Source: Bacteroidia bacterium | Lineage (GTDB): Bacteria; Bacteroidota; Bacteroidia; 2-12-FULL-35-15 | DNA length: 64,000 bases | Reading direction: 5' to 3' | Assembly: GCA_016786925.1 (NCBI GenBank) | Contig: JAEUTU010000052.1 | Location: forward strand, 726-64,725 | Shown here: positions 20,804-30,770 of the stretch, piece by piece | How the letters are laid out: each line of letters opens with the position of its first letter | Position numbering within the stretch: the first letter of the stretch is position 1 | The notes under the pieces: generated by a model | What the model was told of the DNA's origin: nothing | The model's database searches: none | What the model saw: the letters and a program-made list of their open reading frames with translations, nothing else | Position numbers and translations under genes: made by a program

Positions 20804-23242
20804 TTAATATGCCGATATCTTAATAAACTGATATTTTTCATAGGTTGCTCTATTCAAAATGTAATCTGAATTATAAGCAGGGCCATCGACAACTGATTTT
20901 ACTTTTACAAAATTAATCTTAGAAGCATCAACTCCCTTTGCTTTTAAGGCCTCCAACAATTGTTCTTTTGCCTTATCAGCTCTAGCAACTGATAATTCCT
21001 TATTAGAGCTAAAGGCTCTAGTTGGAACAGTAGAAGCACTTGACATAAGCGAAACATTGATCACTCCATTCTTTGCATAAAGATCCATCAAATTAGTAAT
21101 AAATTCAGTGTAAGGTCCATCAGTCACATCGATCTGAGTAACATTATACTTAAAATTCATTTTGAAATTCAATTTATCTACACTAGCTAACTGTTCGTGA
21201 TGAACAGGAGGTTTTTCCTTCACTCCTTTTAAGGCAGCAATAGCTTTCGGATTGTTTTTAAATGAAACAGAGGTCTTTTTATTATTCACCAATTGATATT
21301 TGTTACCTACATTCTTAGTTTTTAAAAGATTGCCTTTGTCATCCTTAAACTCAGCAAATGACTTCTTGCTAATAAAATGTGGATCCTCTTCATCTAATGC
21401 AACGATATAATCACCACTAGCAGGCAGTTCATTAAATAAGAACCAGCCTAATTCATTGGTATTCGTTGTTTTGAGAATATTACCATTTGCATCCATTAAA
21501 TTCACTTTTAAAGCATTTAAAGGATTGTTCTTTTCATCGTATAAACGACCTTCAACGGTAACATAGGACACAGCAGTATTCAATTGTTGTTGTGTAGAGT
21601 CTTTTGTATCAACAGAAACTACCTGACCAAAATTTACAGGTTTTAATTTCAACTCACGGTTAATCTCTTGATAAGCCGCATCAGCAGGAACTTCCATTAC
21701 TTCAGAATAAAACTCTTGTCCATCTTTCTGATAAGACAAAGTATAATTACTGTTTGGAGGGATGATAATCGTGAAACTACCATCTCTCATCAAAGGCTTA
21801 TATACCCCCGTCACTATTCCTGTTTCATTATTTGTTGCAACAATTTCTAAGTCAGAAGGTAATTGAGTTCCATCAGCGGGGATGATCACCCCCTTGATCA
21901 AGACAAGGGGCTGTTCTTTTCTTTCAGGAATGGTAATAATATAAATGTCTTTTTCACCATATCCTTCAGCTCTTGAGGAAGAAGCATAATACCCTCGTTT
22001 ACCATCGGGTGAAGTTACATAAAACACATCATCATCAGTCGTATTGATAGGATAACCTATATTTAAAGGAGCTTCCCAATTTCCTTCATTCAAGGTAGAA
22101 AAGAAGATATCGAATCCACCGATGGTCTTATGCCCATTAGAACTAAAAAACAAAATATTGCCACTTGGATGAATAAATGGAGATTCCTCATCGAATGGAG
22201 TATTAATAGGAGCACCCACATTCATTGCACGACTCCATTTTCCATTTGGCAATTTCACGCATTTCCATATATCACGTCCGCCCAAACTACCTTCTTTTCT
22301 GTCACTAACAAAAAATAGGGTGTTTCCATCAGGAGAAAGACAGGCACTGGTTTCCCAGCTTGGTGTATTTATATCAGACCCCATAGCCATCGGGAAGGTC
22401 CAATTTTCTCCATCTAAAGTACTGTAGTATATATCTCCTCCATTTGCATCCTTATAGATCAATAGGGTTTGTGCATCGGCTGTTAAACCAACAGAAGCTT
22501 CATGTGTAAAGGTATTTACATTACTACTAACTGAAACTGGTGCAGTCCAAGTACTATCTGTTTTTTTATATGAAATATAAATGTCTTCATAAAACTGATC
22601 TTCAATTGTTTTATCACCACCTGTACTTCCCGGTCTGCGCGATGTAAATATCATCGTTTCTTCGTCAGCAGACAAAACCGGACTATAATCAGGATAAGCA
22701 GTATTGATACTATCACCCAAATTTTTGATCACAACATTGATCGGAGCAGACACCAATGCTTTTGCATTATTCGCGATCTCTATCTGACGATCTACATCAG
22801 CGATCATATCCTTTTGGCTTGCTTTCAAATACGATTTGAACTTTTCATAATTCGCAATAGCCTCATCAAATTTATAGTTTTGATGTAAGGCTTTTCCATA
22901 GTAATAGAACGCATTTACCGGGGCATTCTCTTCTCTTGGTTCTAAATCGGTATATTTTGTAGTAGTCTTTAACACCGCTTTTTCCAAATAATACAAAGCC
23001 TTACTTTTTTCAGTAACCGTGTTCAGATAACAAATACCAACTTTATAGTTAATATTAGAGCTGGAAGAATCGATTTGGTAGGCCTCCAAGAAATTTTTCA
23101 ATGCTTGAAAGTAGTTCCCTTCCAGAATAAGATAATTACCTTCTGTAAACTTTTGACGATAATCAGCTTTTGATTGTGCATTCAAAACCGAATGTATTGT
23201 AAACGCTGCTAGAGCAAGTAGTATATATTTTTTCATATTCAT
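20804..23242 (-). CDS. TPR-PD40 (WD40-like) protein with carboxypeptidase-regulatory-like domains and divergent OmpA-like C-domain (PorE-like)
   Basis: Signal peptide; TPRs; INTxxxDYSPVLSAD, LFFVSDR, GGRDIW and GGFDIF PD40 motifs; C-terminal SSASTVPT..NKELSVARA. Confidence 0.85.
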   Translation of the reverse strand: MNMKKYILLALAAFTIHSVLNAQSKADYRQKFTEGNYLILEGNYFQALKNFLEAYQIDSSSSNINYKVGICYLNTVTEKSKALYYLEKAVLKTTTKYTDLEPREENAPVNAFYYYGKALHQNYKFDEAIANYEKFKSYLKASQKDMIADVDRQIEIANNAKALVSAPINVVIKNLGDSINTAYPDYSPVLSADEETMIFTSRRPGSTGGDKTIEDQFYEDIYISYKKTDSTWTAPVSVSSNVNTFTHEASVGLTADAQTLLIYKDANGGDIYYSTLDGENWTFPMAMGSDINTPSWETSACLSPDGNTLFFVSDRKEGSLGGRDIWKCVKLPNGKWSRAMNVGAPINTPFDEESPFIHPSGNILFFSSNGHKTIGGFDIFFSTLNEGNWEAPLNIGYPINTTDDDVFYVTSPDGKRGYYASSSRAEGYGEKDIYIITIPERKEQPLVLIKGVIIPADGTQLPSDLEIVATNNETGIVTGVYKPLMRDGSFTIIIPPNSNYTLSYQKDGQEFYSEVMEVPADAAYQEINRELKLKPVNFGQVVSVDTKDSTQQQLNTAVSYVTVEGRLYDEKNNPLNALKVNLMDANGNILKTTNTNELGWFLFNELPASGDYIVALDEEDPHFISKKSFAEFKDDKGNLLKTKNVGNKYQLVNNKKTSVSFKNNPKAIAALKGVKEKPPVHHEQLASVDKLNFKMNFKYNVTQIDVTDGPYTEFITNLMDLYAKNGVINVSLMSSASTVPTRAFSSNKELSVARADKAKEQLLEALKAKGVDASKINFVKVKSVVDGPAYNSDYILNRATYEKYQFIKISAY

Positions 23243-23365
23243 CTAAAACAATAAAACACTCAACTTGCAATTTTGCAAATTGGTCTAAATCATAAAATCA
23301 AGCAAAAATATAAAAAAATGGAGATTATTGCGTTAAAAAATGAAGAATTTACTGATAAAAACTTT

Positions 23366-25633
23366 TTATTCAACAATCTTCAATTCTACGCGTCTGTTTT
23401 GCTGCATGCCTTTTAAATCGGGCTTGCCATTAGGTAAAGTATTGGGAGCAATTGGAAGGGTTTCACCATAGCCCTTTGCCACCAGACGTTTCATATCTAT
23501 TCCTTTTTTGCCAAGTGCATTCACAACCGACTGCGAGCGCATTTGAGAGAGTTTTAAGTTAGCGGCATCATTCCCCTTACTATCGGTATGCCCGGCCACT
23601 TCTATCTTAACATCCGGGTAATCCTGCATTAATTGTACAACTTTTTCAATCTCAAGATTCGACTCTTTTCTCAAAGTAGCCTTATTTGAATCGAAAAAGA
23701 TATTATTCAACACTATTTTAGCCCCTGCTTTCACTCTTTCAAGAACAATATCTTTTACAATTTCAGAATACTCCGGCTTTTTAGGGACATTTACATTCTC
23801 AGATTGGAATAAATACCCATCCGCTTCAAAAGATAGGTTGTAATCATTTCCTCTATTAAGGACAAAATAGAAGGAGCCTGAATCAGAATTAGTATAATAT
23901 GTATTTAACAAAGCACCAGTTTTGTTATCCTTCACAATGATCTTTGCTCCTGAAATATTTTCGGCCTTTATGTTTTTGATTGTACCTTTAAGGGTAATCG
24001 TACCTAGTGTCTTACTTTCAAAATTAATCCCCTTTAACAATAATTCTTTTTCAATCTCTTGATAAGAGGAGTTTGGTGGAATAGTGATCGTTTCACTAAT
24101 AGGCTGATAACCTTCGGCTTCATAACTGATGGTATAGGTTTTACCTTCATCACCCGGATTCAATATCAAAATATACTTACCGGTTAATACATTCGGACGA
24201 ACATCCTGCACAACTAAACCTGATTCCATATCCGTAGCAGTAATGCTGATATTCGATGGAACCTTGTCTGTTCCATCAAAAGTTAAATATCCTTTTAACA
24301 AAGTAAGCGGCTCTGCGATCGATTTTTCAAAATTGATCATATATAGATCCTTTTCGCCTAAACCACCTTTTCGAACAGAAGAAAAATAGCCCCGTTTACC
24401 ATCAACTGATTGAACATAAAAAATATCATCATCAGGAGTATTAATAGGTGCCTTCATATTCTCCGGAGTTCCCCACTTACCGTCATCGTCTTTTACAACT
24501 TTGAAAATATCAAATCCACCAATACTCTTGTGTCCATTTGAACTAAAAAACAATGTAACTCCATCGGGATGAATGAAAGGAGCATCCTCATCATAAGCCG
24601 TATTAACCTGAGGGCCTAAATTGAGGGGCATACTCCATTGTCCATTAGGCAACTTGACACAACGCCAAATATCTCTTCCTCCAAAGCCTCCTTCTTTTTT
24701 ATCACTCACAAAGTATAGTGTATTCCCATCAACAGTAACATTCGCGTGTGTTTCCCAATATTTAGAATTAATATTTGAATTCAGTGCCAAAGGCATACTC
24801 CAGGAATCGCCTTCTAAGTTACTATAGTAAATGTCGCCTCCATTTACATCTTTATAAATGAATAATTGTTGACCATCAGCTGATAAACCTATATTTGCCT
24901 CATTTCCGAAAGTATTAATATTTTCACTAATTGACCGGGGTGTTGACCATGTTCCATCCTTCTTTTTTAACGAGTAATAAATATCCTCAGCGATAACCTC
25001 TCCTGATGCATTTAAAGCCCCTAGATTTGTATTTCTTCTAGAAGTAAAAATAATGACAGATTCATCAGCGGAAATAACCGGACTATATTCAGGATATTTT
25101 GAATTGATACTATCGCCCAAACTTACAATTGTTACTTCGGCAGTATCTTTAGTGTATTCGATCGCATTAAAATTGGTTTCCAGTTGTTTCTCCAGATCCT
25201 TTGTAAGCTGAGAGTTTTTAGTCCCTACAATGTCTTTGAATTTGTTGAAATAAGCATTGGATTCATTAAAATTATACTGCAAACGATACGCTAAACCAAG
25301 ATAATAATATGCCATCTCAGGAGCTCCTTTCTCGCGAGGCTCCATATCAACATAATTACGCTCTATTCCCTGAACTGCTTTTCGAAGAAAAGGAAGTGCT
25401 TTACTTTTTTGATTAGCTGATTGCAAATAGCAAAAACCAACTTTATAATTTATATTAGCATTAGAAGAATCAATAGCGTAGGCTTCCAAAAAGTAAGCTA
25501 ATGCCATTTCATAATTTTCCTCCAGGATCAATAAGTTTCCCTGAGTGAACTTTTCACGGTAAGCAGATTTATCTCCTTGAGAGAAGCATACTGAAGTGAT
25601 AAAAAGGAAAGTGAGCAGTAATCTTTGTTTCAT
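23366..25633 (-). CDS. TPR-PD40-OmpA family protein (PorE-like)
   Basis: Same N-terminal architecture as the neighbours; canonical LNNIFFD...AGHTDSKG..NLKLSQMRS...GYGE..P..NRRVE. Confidence 0.92.
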   Translation of the reverse strand: MKQRLLLTFLFITSVCFSQGDKSAYREKFTQGNLLILEENYEMALAYFLEAYAIDSSNANINYKVGFCYLQSANQKSKALPFLRKAVQGIERNYVDMEPREKGAPEMAYYYLGLAYRLQYNFNESNAYFNKFKDIVGTKNSQLTKDLEKQLETNFNAIEYTKDTAEVTIVSLGDSINSKYPEYSPVISADESVIIFTSRRNTNLGALNASGEVIAEDIYYSLKKKDGTWSTPRSISENINTFGNEANIGLSADGQQLFIYKDVNGGDIYYSNLEGDSWSMPLALNSNINSKYWETHANVTVDGNTLYFVSDKKEGGFGGRDIWRCVKLPNGQWSMPLNLGPQVNTAYDEDAPFIHPDGVTLFFSSNGHKSIGGFDIFKVVKDDDGKWGTPENMKAPINTPDDDIFYVQSVDGKRGYFSSVRKGGLGEKDLYMINFEKSIAEPLTLLKGYLTFDGTDKVPSNISITATDMESGLVVQDVRPNVLTGKYILILNPGDEGKTYTISYEAEGYQPISETITIPPNSSYQEIEKELLLKGINFESKTLGTITLKGTIKNIKAENISGAKIIVKDNKTGALLNTYYTNSDSGSFYFVLNRGNDYNLSFEADGYLFQSENVNVPKKPEYSEIVKDIVLERVKAGAKIVLNNIFFDSNKATLRKESNLEIEKVVQLMQDYPDVKIEVAGHTDSKGNDAANLKLSQMRSQSVVNALGKKGIDMKRLVAKGYGETLPIAPNTLPNGKPDLKGMQQNRRVELKIVE

Positions 25634-25818
25634 AAGATCAATTGATACACAAATATATCATTCCTAAGCAATAAGACAAAAATTACGGCTATTTATTTTC
25701 AGAATAAACGCTACACTTTTGTCCTGTTTATGCCCTTTCTAATACTAGTAAAGCAATAATTTTCACAGACTCAGGATAGCAACCTTTGCCCGGCAGACAT
25801 TTCAAAATAAGAACAAAT

Positions 25819-25847
25819 AAAAAAGCGTGCCCATCCGGGCACGCTTT
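25819..25847 (-). terminator. Intrinsic terminator
   Basis: AAAAAAGCGTGCCC-ATCC-GGGCACGCTTT. Confidence 0.8.
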
Positions 25848-25866
25848 CATGTAAATGGGAAAGTGA

Positions 25867-27933
25867 TTATTTAACAGTCACCTTTATGTACTGATACTGC
25901 TCATAAGTAGCAGCATTTTGTTGTGCATCTTTGTTATATTCCGGTCCTTGAACAAGAGATTTAAAATCAGCGAACTTAAGTTCAGTTTGCTTAAATCCTC
26001 TCCCTGTTAATGCTTTAGCAACTTTTTCTTTCGCTTCTTTAGCGCGGGCTGTTGCTAAACGCTCATTCGTTCCATAAGTGGAAGTGGGTACTTGTGATGC
26101 ACTCGATTCAATATAGATCTGAAGATTTGGATTATTCTTCAAACATAAAGCAATGGCATCAATAAAATTTGTGAACTCAACTGATTTCACATCGATCTGT
26201 TTTTTGTTATATTTAAAGAACATTGAATAACTCGACTTTGCCGGATCACACTGTTTTGAAGCTGCATAACGGGCCAACGAATCTGCAATAGCAGCGCTGT
26301 CAGGAGGAGTTCCATAAGGCAATTCACGTTTGATCACCTGATAACGTTTCCCTTTAGGTACTTCCAATGTTTCATTCAACAACTCTTTACCATTTACAAC
26401 ATAAACTGCTTTAATGGTTGTTCCAACAGGAAGATTCGTTCCAAACTTTCCGGTTGCACCATTAATATTTAACGTTTGAATGGTATCATTTTTAGCTGTA
26501 TTGATCAGATAGATATTACTACTTGAGATGTCTTCTTTCGTGTAATTAATAACCTTACCAACCAAGACTGTAATATCACGAGGTTCAAATTCAGGAAAAG
26601 TGATCATATAGATATCTTTTTCACCATATCCACCTTCCTTATCGGAAGAATAGAAGCCACGCAATCCATCAGCAGTAGTAACAAAGAATACCTCATCATC
26701 AGGCGTATTTACCGGATAACCAAAATTAACCGGGGCTGTCCAATAGCCGTTTTCTTCATCACCGATATAGGAAGTAAAAATATCAAAACCACCCATTGAT
26801 TTATGGCCTTTTGATGCAAAGTAGATCTGCTTTCCATCCGGATGTATAAATACCCCATCTTCATCATAAGGAGTGTTTATGATCGGACCTAAATTTTCGG
26901 CTGGCCCCCACTCACCGTTTGGTAAGCGTTTACATTTATAAATATCTCTTCCTCCATATCCTCCTGTTCTGTTACTCGTAAAGTAAAGAATACGATTATC
27001 AGAACTAAAACAAGCGTGTGTTTCCCAGGAAGCGGAATTGATCGGTGCTGAAATGTATTCGATCTCCTGCCATTCATTCCCTTTAAACTCACTTAAATAA
27101 ACGTTTCCATTTCCTCCATCATCTTTATACACTAATAGTTTTAATCCATCAGCAGATAAATTGATAGTCGCTTCATGTCCTTGAGAATTGATCTTTGGCC
27201 CAATTGGCTTGGCCGGTTGCCACTTTTCATCAATCGCATTTGCAATAAATATATCTTCAAAATATTGCCCATTCGCTTCTATTCGCTCACTTGTTCCATC
27301 TTTTCTTCGTGTTGTAAAGATCAATGTTTCTTCATCTAATGAAACAACCGGTGAGTAATCTGCATACTTCGTATTAATATTTTCACCCAAATTTGTAACA
27401 ACAACCTTAAGCGGCTTTAGAATCAATTCCTTCCCGTTGTTACATGTTTCAATATCATGTGTTATTTCATCGATTTCAGCTTTTGTTTTTTCATTTACCT
27501 CTATTCCTGCTTTGTATTTTTCATACATGGAAATTGCTTTATCAAATTCATAATTTAAATGATAGGCTTTTGCTAAATAATAATAGGTGGAATAAGGTGC
27601 ACTCTTTTCTTTGATCTCACCCATTTCATAGCTGTTAGAGATCTTTTTAGCGGCCTCCTCCAAATAAGGTATCGCTTTGGTTTTATAGGTAGGTGCATAT
27701 AAGTAACAGAAACCGATCTTGAATTTCGTATTGGCATTGGAACCATTATCAATCGAATCCAACTGCTTATACAATTCCAATGCTGCAGTATAATTCTCAT
27801 TCTCAAAATAAGTTTCCGCTTGCTCAAAGATCTTTTTATACTCTTTATCACCAATAGGCGATAAAGCGAATACAGAATAATTCACCAGCATAAAAGCCAG
27901 AAGCACTGTTGATACAAAGGTTATTTTTTTCAT
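25867..27933 (-). CDS. TPR-PD40 protein with divergent OmpA-like C-domain (PorE-like)
   Basis: TPR and PD40 motifs; C-terminal ESSASQVPT..NERLATARA. Confidence 0.85.
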   Translation of the reverse strand: MKKITFVSTVLLAFMLVNYSVFALSPIGDKEYKKIFEQAETYFENENYTAALELYKQLDSIDNGSNANTKFKIGFCYLYAPTYKTKAIPYLEEAAKKISNSYEMGEIKEKSAPYSTYYYLAKAYHLNYEFDKAISMYEKYKAGIEVNEKTKAEIDEITHDIETCNNGKELILKPLKVVVTNLGENINTKYADYSPVVSLDEETLIFTTRRKDGTSERIEANGQYFEDIFIANAIDEKWQPAKPIGPKINSQGHEATINLSADGLKLLVYKDDGGNGNVYLSEFKGNEWQEIEYISAPINSASWETHACFSSDNRILYFTSNRTGGYGGRDIYKCKRLPNGEWGPAENLGPIINTPYDEDGVFIHPDGKQIYFASKGHKSMGGFDIFTSYIGDEENGYWTAPVNFGYPVNTPDDEVFFVTTADGLRGFYSSDKEGGYGEKDIYMITFPEFEPRDITVLVGKVINYTKEDISSSNIYLINTAKNDTIQTLNINGATGKFGTNLPVGTTIKAVYVVNGKELLNETLEVPKGKRYQVIKRELPYGTPPDSAAIADSLARYAASKQCDPAKSSYSMFFKYNKKQIDVKSVEFTNFIDAIALCLKNNPNLQIYIESSASQVPTSTYGTNERLATARAKEAKEKVAKALTGRGFKQTELKFADFKSLVQGPEYNKDAQQNAATYEQYQYIKVTVK

Positions 27934-27958
27934 GTAATCGGGTTTCTAGTTTTAAACG

Positions 27959-27990
27959 AAATGAGCAATATCCAAAAGGTATTGCTCATT
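27959..27990 (-). terminator. Hairpin after the E2 gene (weak terminator candidate)
   Basis: AATGAGCAATA...TATTGCTCATT with only a short U-tract. Confidence 0.5.
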
Positions 27991-28010
27991 ACTTAACTAT
28001 ATTAAAAATA

Positions 28011-29339
28011 TTATATTTCTCTGTTTACATCCCATTGTTCTAGATAATCTGCCACTCTTCTCACAAATTGTCCGCCTAATGATCCATCCACAACACGATG
28101 ATCATAAGAGTGTGACAAGAACATAAAATGACGGATACCGATCAGATCACCTTGAGGTGTTTCAATCACAGCCGGTTTCTTTTTAATAGCACCTACAGCT
28201 AAAATAGCGACTTGTGGCTGGTTAATGATTGGTGTACCGAATACATTCCCAAATGAACCAACATTTGTTAATGTATATGTTCCACCTGAAATTTCATCCG
28301 GTGATAATTTCCCTGCACGTGCACGGTTTGCTAAGTCATTTACTTGCTTAGTAAGACCTACTAAATTTAACTGATCCGCATTTTTGATAACAGGAACGAT
28401 CAAATTACCTGTTGGCAAAGCTGCTGCCATACCAATATTGATATTTTTACGCTTGATGATCTTGTTACCATCAACAGAAATATTGATCATCGGAAAATCT
28501 TTGATCGCTTTTGTTAAAGCTTCAATGAAAATTGGTGTGAATGTTAACTTCTCTCCTTCACGTTTTTCAAAGTTCTTCTTCACTTTTTCTCTCCAGTTAA
28601 CGATATTCGTTACATCAGCTTCTACAAATGAAGTAACGTGTGGAGAAGTATGTTTACTCATTACCATGTGATCGGCAATGATCTTACGCATACGATCCAT
28701 TTCAATAATTTCATCCCCTGCATTCACCGAAACAGCCGGTTTGTTTTGAGCAGGAGCAGAAGTATTTACTGCAGGAGCAGCGACTTCTTTTACTACTTGT
28801 GGCTGAGGTGTAGTTTGCACCTGAGCTGTTTGTTTTCCTTTATTAGGAATATAAGCCAATACATCGTTCTTAGTAACTCTTCCGCCTGCACCTGTACCTG
28901 CAATGCTATCCAGTTCGGCCATAGAGATACCTTCTTTTTGAGCAATAGTACGAACCAATGGAGAATAGAATTTGCCGGATGCCGAATTCTTTTCAACAGC
29001 AACGACTTCTGCAACAGGAGCAACTGCCACTTCTTTCTGAACAGTTGTTTGTGCCGCAACAGGAGCTTCCACTTTTGGAGCTTCTACAACCGCATTCGCA
29101 TCTGTACTGATGATCGCAATTGCTTTCCCAACCTGAACAACATCTCCTTCATTAAACAAACGTTTTATTAATGTACCTTCTGAAGTAGAAGGAATTTCTG
29201 AATCTACTTTATCGGTAGCAATTTCTAATACGGTTTCATCAGCAGCAATTTTATCGCCTTCTTTTTTTAACCATTTAATGATCGTTGCTTCTGCAACACT
29301 TTCGCCCATTTTAGGCATGATCAACTCTACTTGTGCCAT
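28011..29339 (-). CDS. 2-oxoacid dehydrogenase E2 (dihydrolipoamide acyltransferase, probably branched-chain)
   Basis: Lipoyl motif ATDKVDSE, E3-binding SPLVR..GTGAGGRVTKND, catalytic SYDHRVVDG. Confidence 0.93.
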   Translation of the reverse strand: MAQVELIMPKMGESVAEATIIKWLKKEGDKIAADETVLEIATDKVDSEIPSTSEGTLIKRLFNEGDVVQVGKAIAIISTDANAVVEAPKVEAPVAAQTTVQKEVAVAPVAEVVAVEKNSASGKFYSPLVRTIAQKEGISMAELDSIAGTGAGGRVTKNDVLAYIPNKGKQTAQVQTTPQPQVVKEVAAPAVNTSAPAQNKPAVSVNAGDEIIEMDRMRKIIADHMVMSKHTSPHVTSFVEADVTNIVNWREKVKKNFEKREGEKLTFTPIFIEALTKAIKDFPMINISVDGNKIIKRKNINIGMAAALPTGNLIVPVIKNADQLNLVGLTKQVNDLANRARAGKLSPDEISGGTYTLTNVGSFGNVFGTPIINQPQVAILAVGAIKKKPAVIETPQGDLIGIRHFMFLSHSYDHRVVDGSLGGQFVRRVADYLEQWDVNREI

Positions 29340-29517
29340 TGTGTTATTCTAAATAAATTAATAGTAGTTTAAAGAGGTTACAAAAATAACCTTTTATTTT
29401 AGTTGTACAAGCACTTATAAATGCTTTTTAGAGGGTAAACAAAATCGGCAAACACCTGATTTGCAAACAATTACAAATCAAGCAGAAAATGAAAGAAAAA
29501 ATTCAATGAAAAATTCT

Positions 29518-30603
29518 TTAATAGATCTCGCTCATGTGCGCCACACCATTCTTTTTTAATAATAGCCAATGTGAGTGAAGCGCATTGCGGAGTGATGGAC
29601 GGTGTTTGTACTCAACATTAAATTCCTGGGCTGTTTGTTCCAATATTTTTTGGATCTCCGGAAAATGGACGTGTGCTACTGCAGGAAATAAATGATGTAC
29701 CACATGGTAATTGATCCCTCCGAAAAAGAAAGCAACTGCTTTTTTATTCGTACCAAAATCCATGGTCACACTCATTTGGTGCATAGCCCAATCGGTAGTC
29801 ATTTCTCCTTTATCATTTGGTTCAGGAAAAATAGACTCTTCATAAAGATGGGCAGGAAACAATGCTACTGCTGCCGAAAGACTGGCCATTATATGCATGA
29901 ATACAAATCCTAATAATACAACAGGCCAATAACAACCTGACAGTGTTAAAGGGAGAACAAGTGCATAGGTATAATACAATAGTTTAGAAAGAATAAACGA
30001 AAAAACAGCCAAAGGAGAATGTTTTACCACTTTTGTTCCTATTCTGTATGAAAAAAAATCTTCCCAGTCGCGCTTAAAAATAGCATTCAATGTATAAAAG
30101 CAATATAAGAATGGCACGTAGATATGCTGGTTTCTAAAAAAAGACTTAGGCTCTTTCATAGGCATAAAAGTGAGCAAACCTGTTTGTTGAATATCTACGT
30201 CATGCTCAGGGATCATCGGGTGTGGATGGTGTGAATATACATGTCGCATGCGCCATAAATAACCGGAAGAACCGATCATATCAAATGTGTAAGCAAATAA
30301 ATTATTGACCCATTTTTTATCCGAAAAAGAGCTGTGTACACCTTCGTGACCTAGGTTCAATACAATGCAAATTTGAATAAAACCTAATAGAGCAAAACAG
30401 ATCAACAACAAAGCATTATTGCCATCAGCAAAAATCACTCCTGCATACAACGCAAAAAACACTAATAAAAAGAAGATCGCTTTAAACACTCCAAAAGCAT
30501 TTGTTTTGGGTGAAAGATGATTATTCTTAAAAAAATCGTTGACACGTTGGTTCAGTGTATAAAAAAAATCGGCTGAGGTGGTTTCTTTGTATTTAATATC
30601 CAT
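29518..30603 (-). CDS. Membrane fatty-acid (acyl-CoA) desaturase
   Basis: His boxes HEGVH, HVYSHH and HVVHHLFP; TM segments. Confidence 0.92.
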   Translation of the reverse strand: MDIKYKETTSADFFYTLNQRVNDFFKNNHLSPKTNAFGVFKAIFFLLVFFALYAGVIFADGNNALLLICFALLGFIQICIVLNLGHEGVHSSFSDKKWVNNLFAYTFDMIGSSGYLWRMRHVYSHHPHPMIPEHDVDIQQTGLLTFMPMKEPKSFFRNQHIYVPFLYCFYTLNAIFKRDWEDFFSYRIGTKVVKHSPLAVFSFILSKLLYYTYALVLPLTLSGCYWPVVLLGFVFMHIMASLSAAVALFPAHLYEESIFPEPNDKGEMTTDWAMHQMSVTMDFGTNKKAVAFFFGGINYHVVHHLFPAVAHVHFPEIQKILEQTAQEFNVEYKHRPSLRNALHSHWLLLKKNGVAHMSEIY

Positions 30604-30770
30604 AATAAATGCTTAATAATTTGTGATCACCATTAAGCAAACAGGAGCAGCCAAATAGTATTACGGATGTAAATATAGAAAAAGAGATGATAATAAAAAG
30701 CAATATTTTTAAAAACTAAAGTGAACTTTAATTAAAAGAGACATTGCTTTTTCACTCCGCATTCGAACAT

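Noticed and set aside
25779-25804. Third GCAACC ECF-like site
   Set aside because: No matching -10 element at 16-bp spacing, and it points antisense into a terminator.
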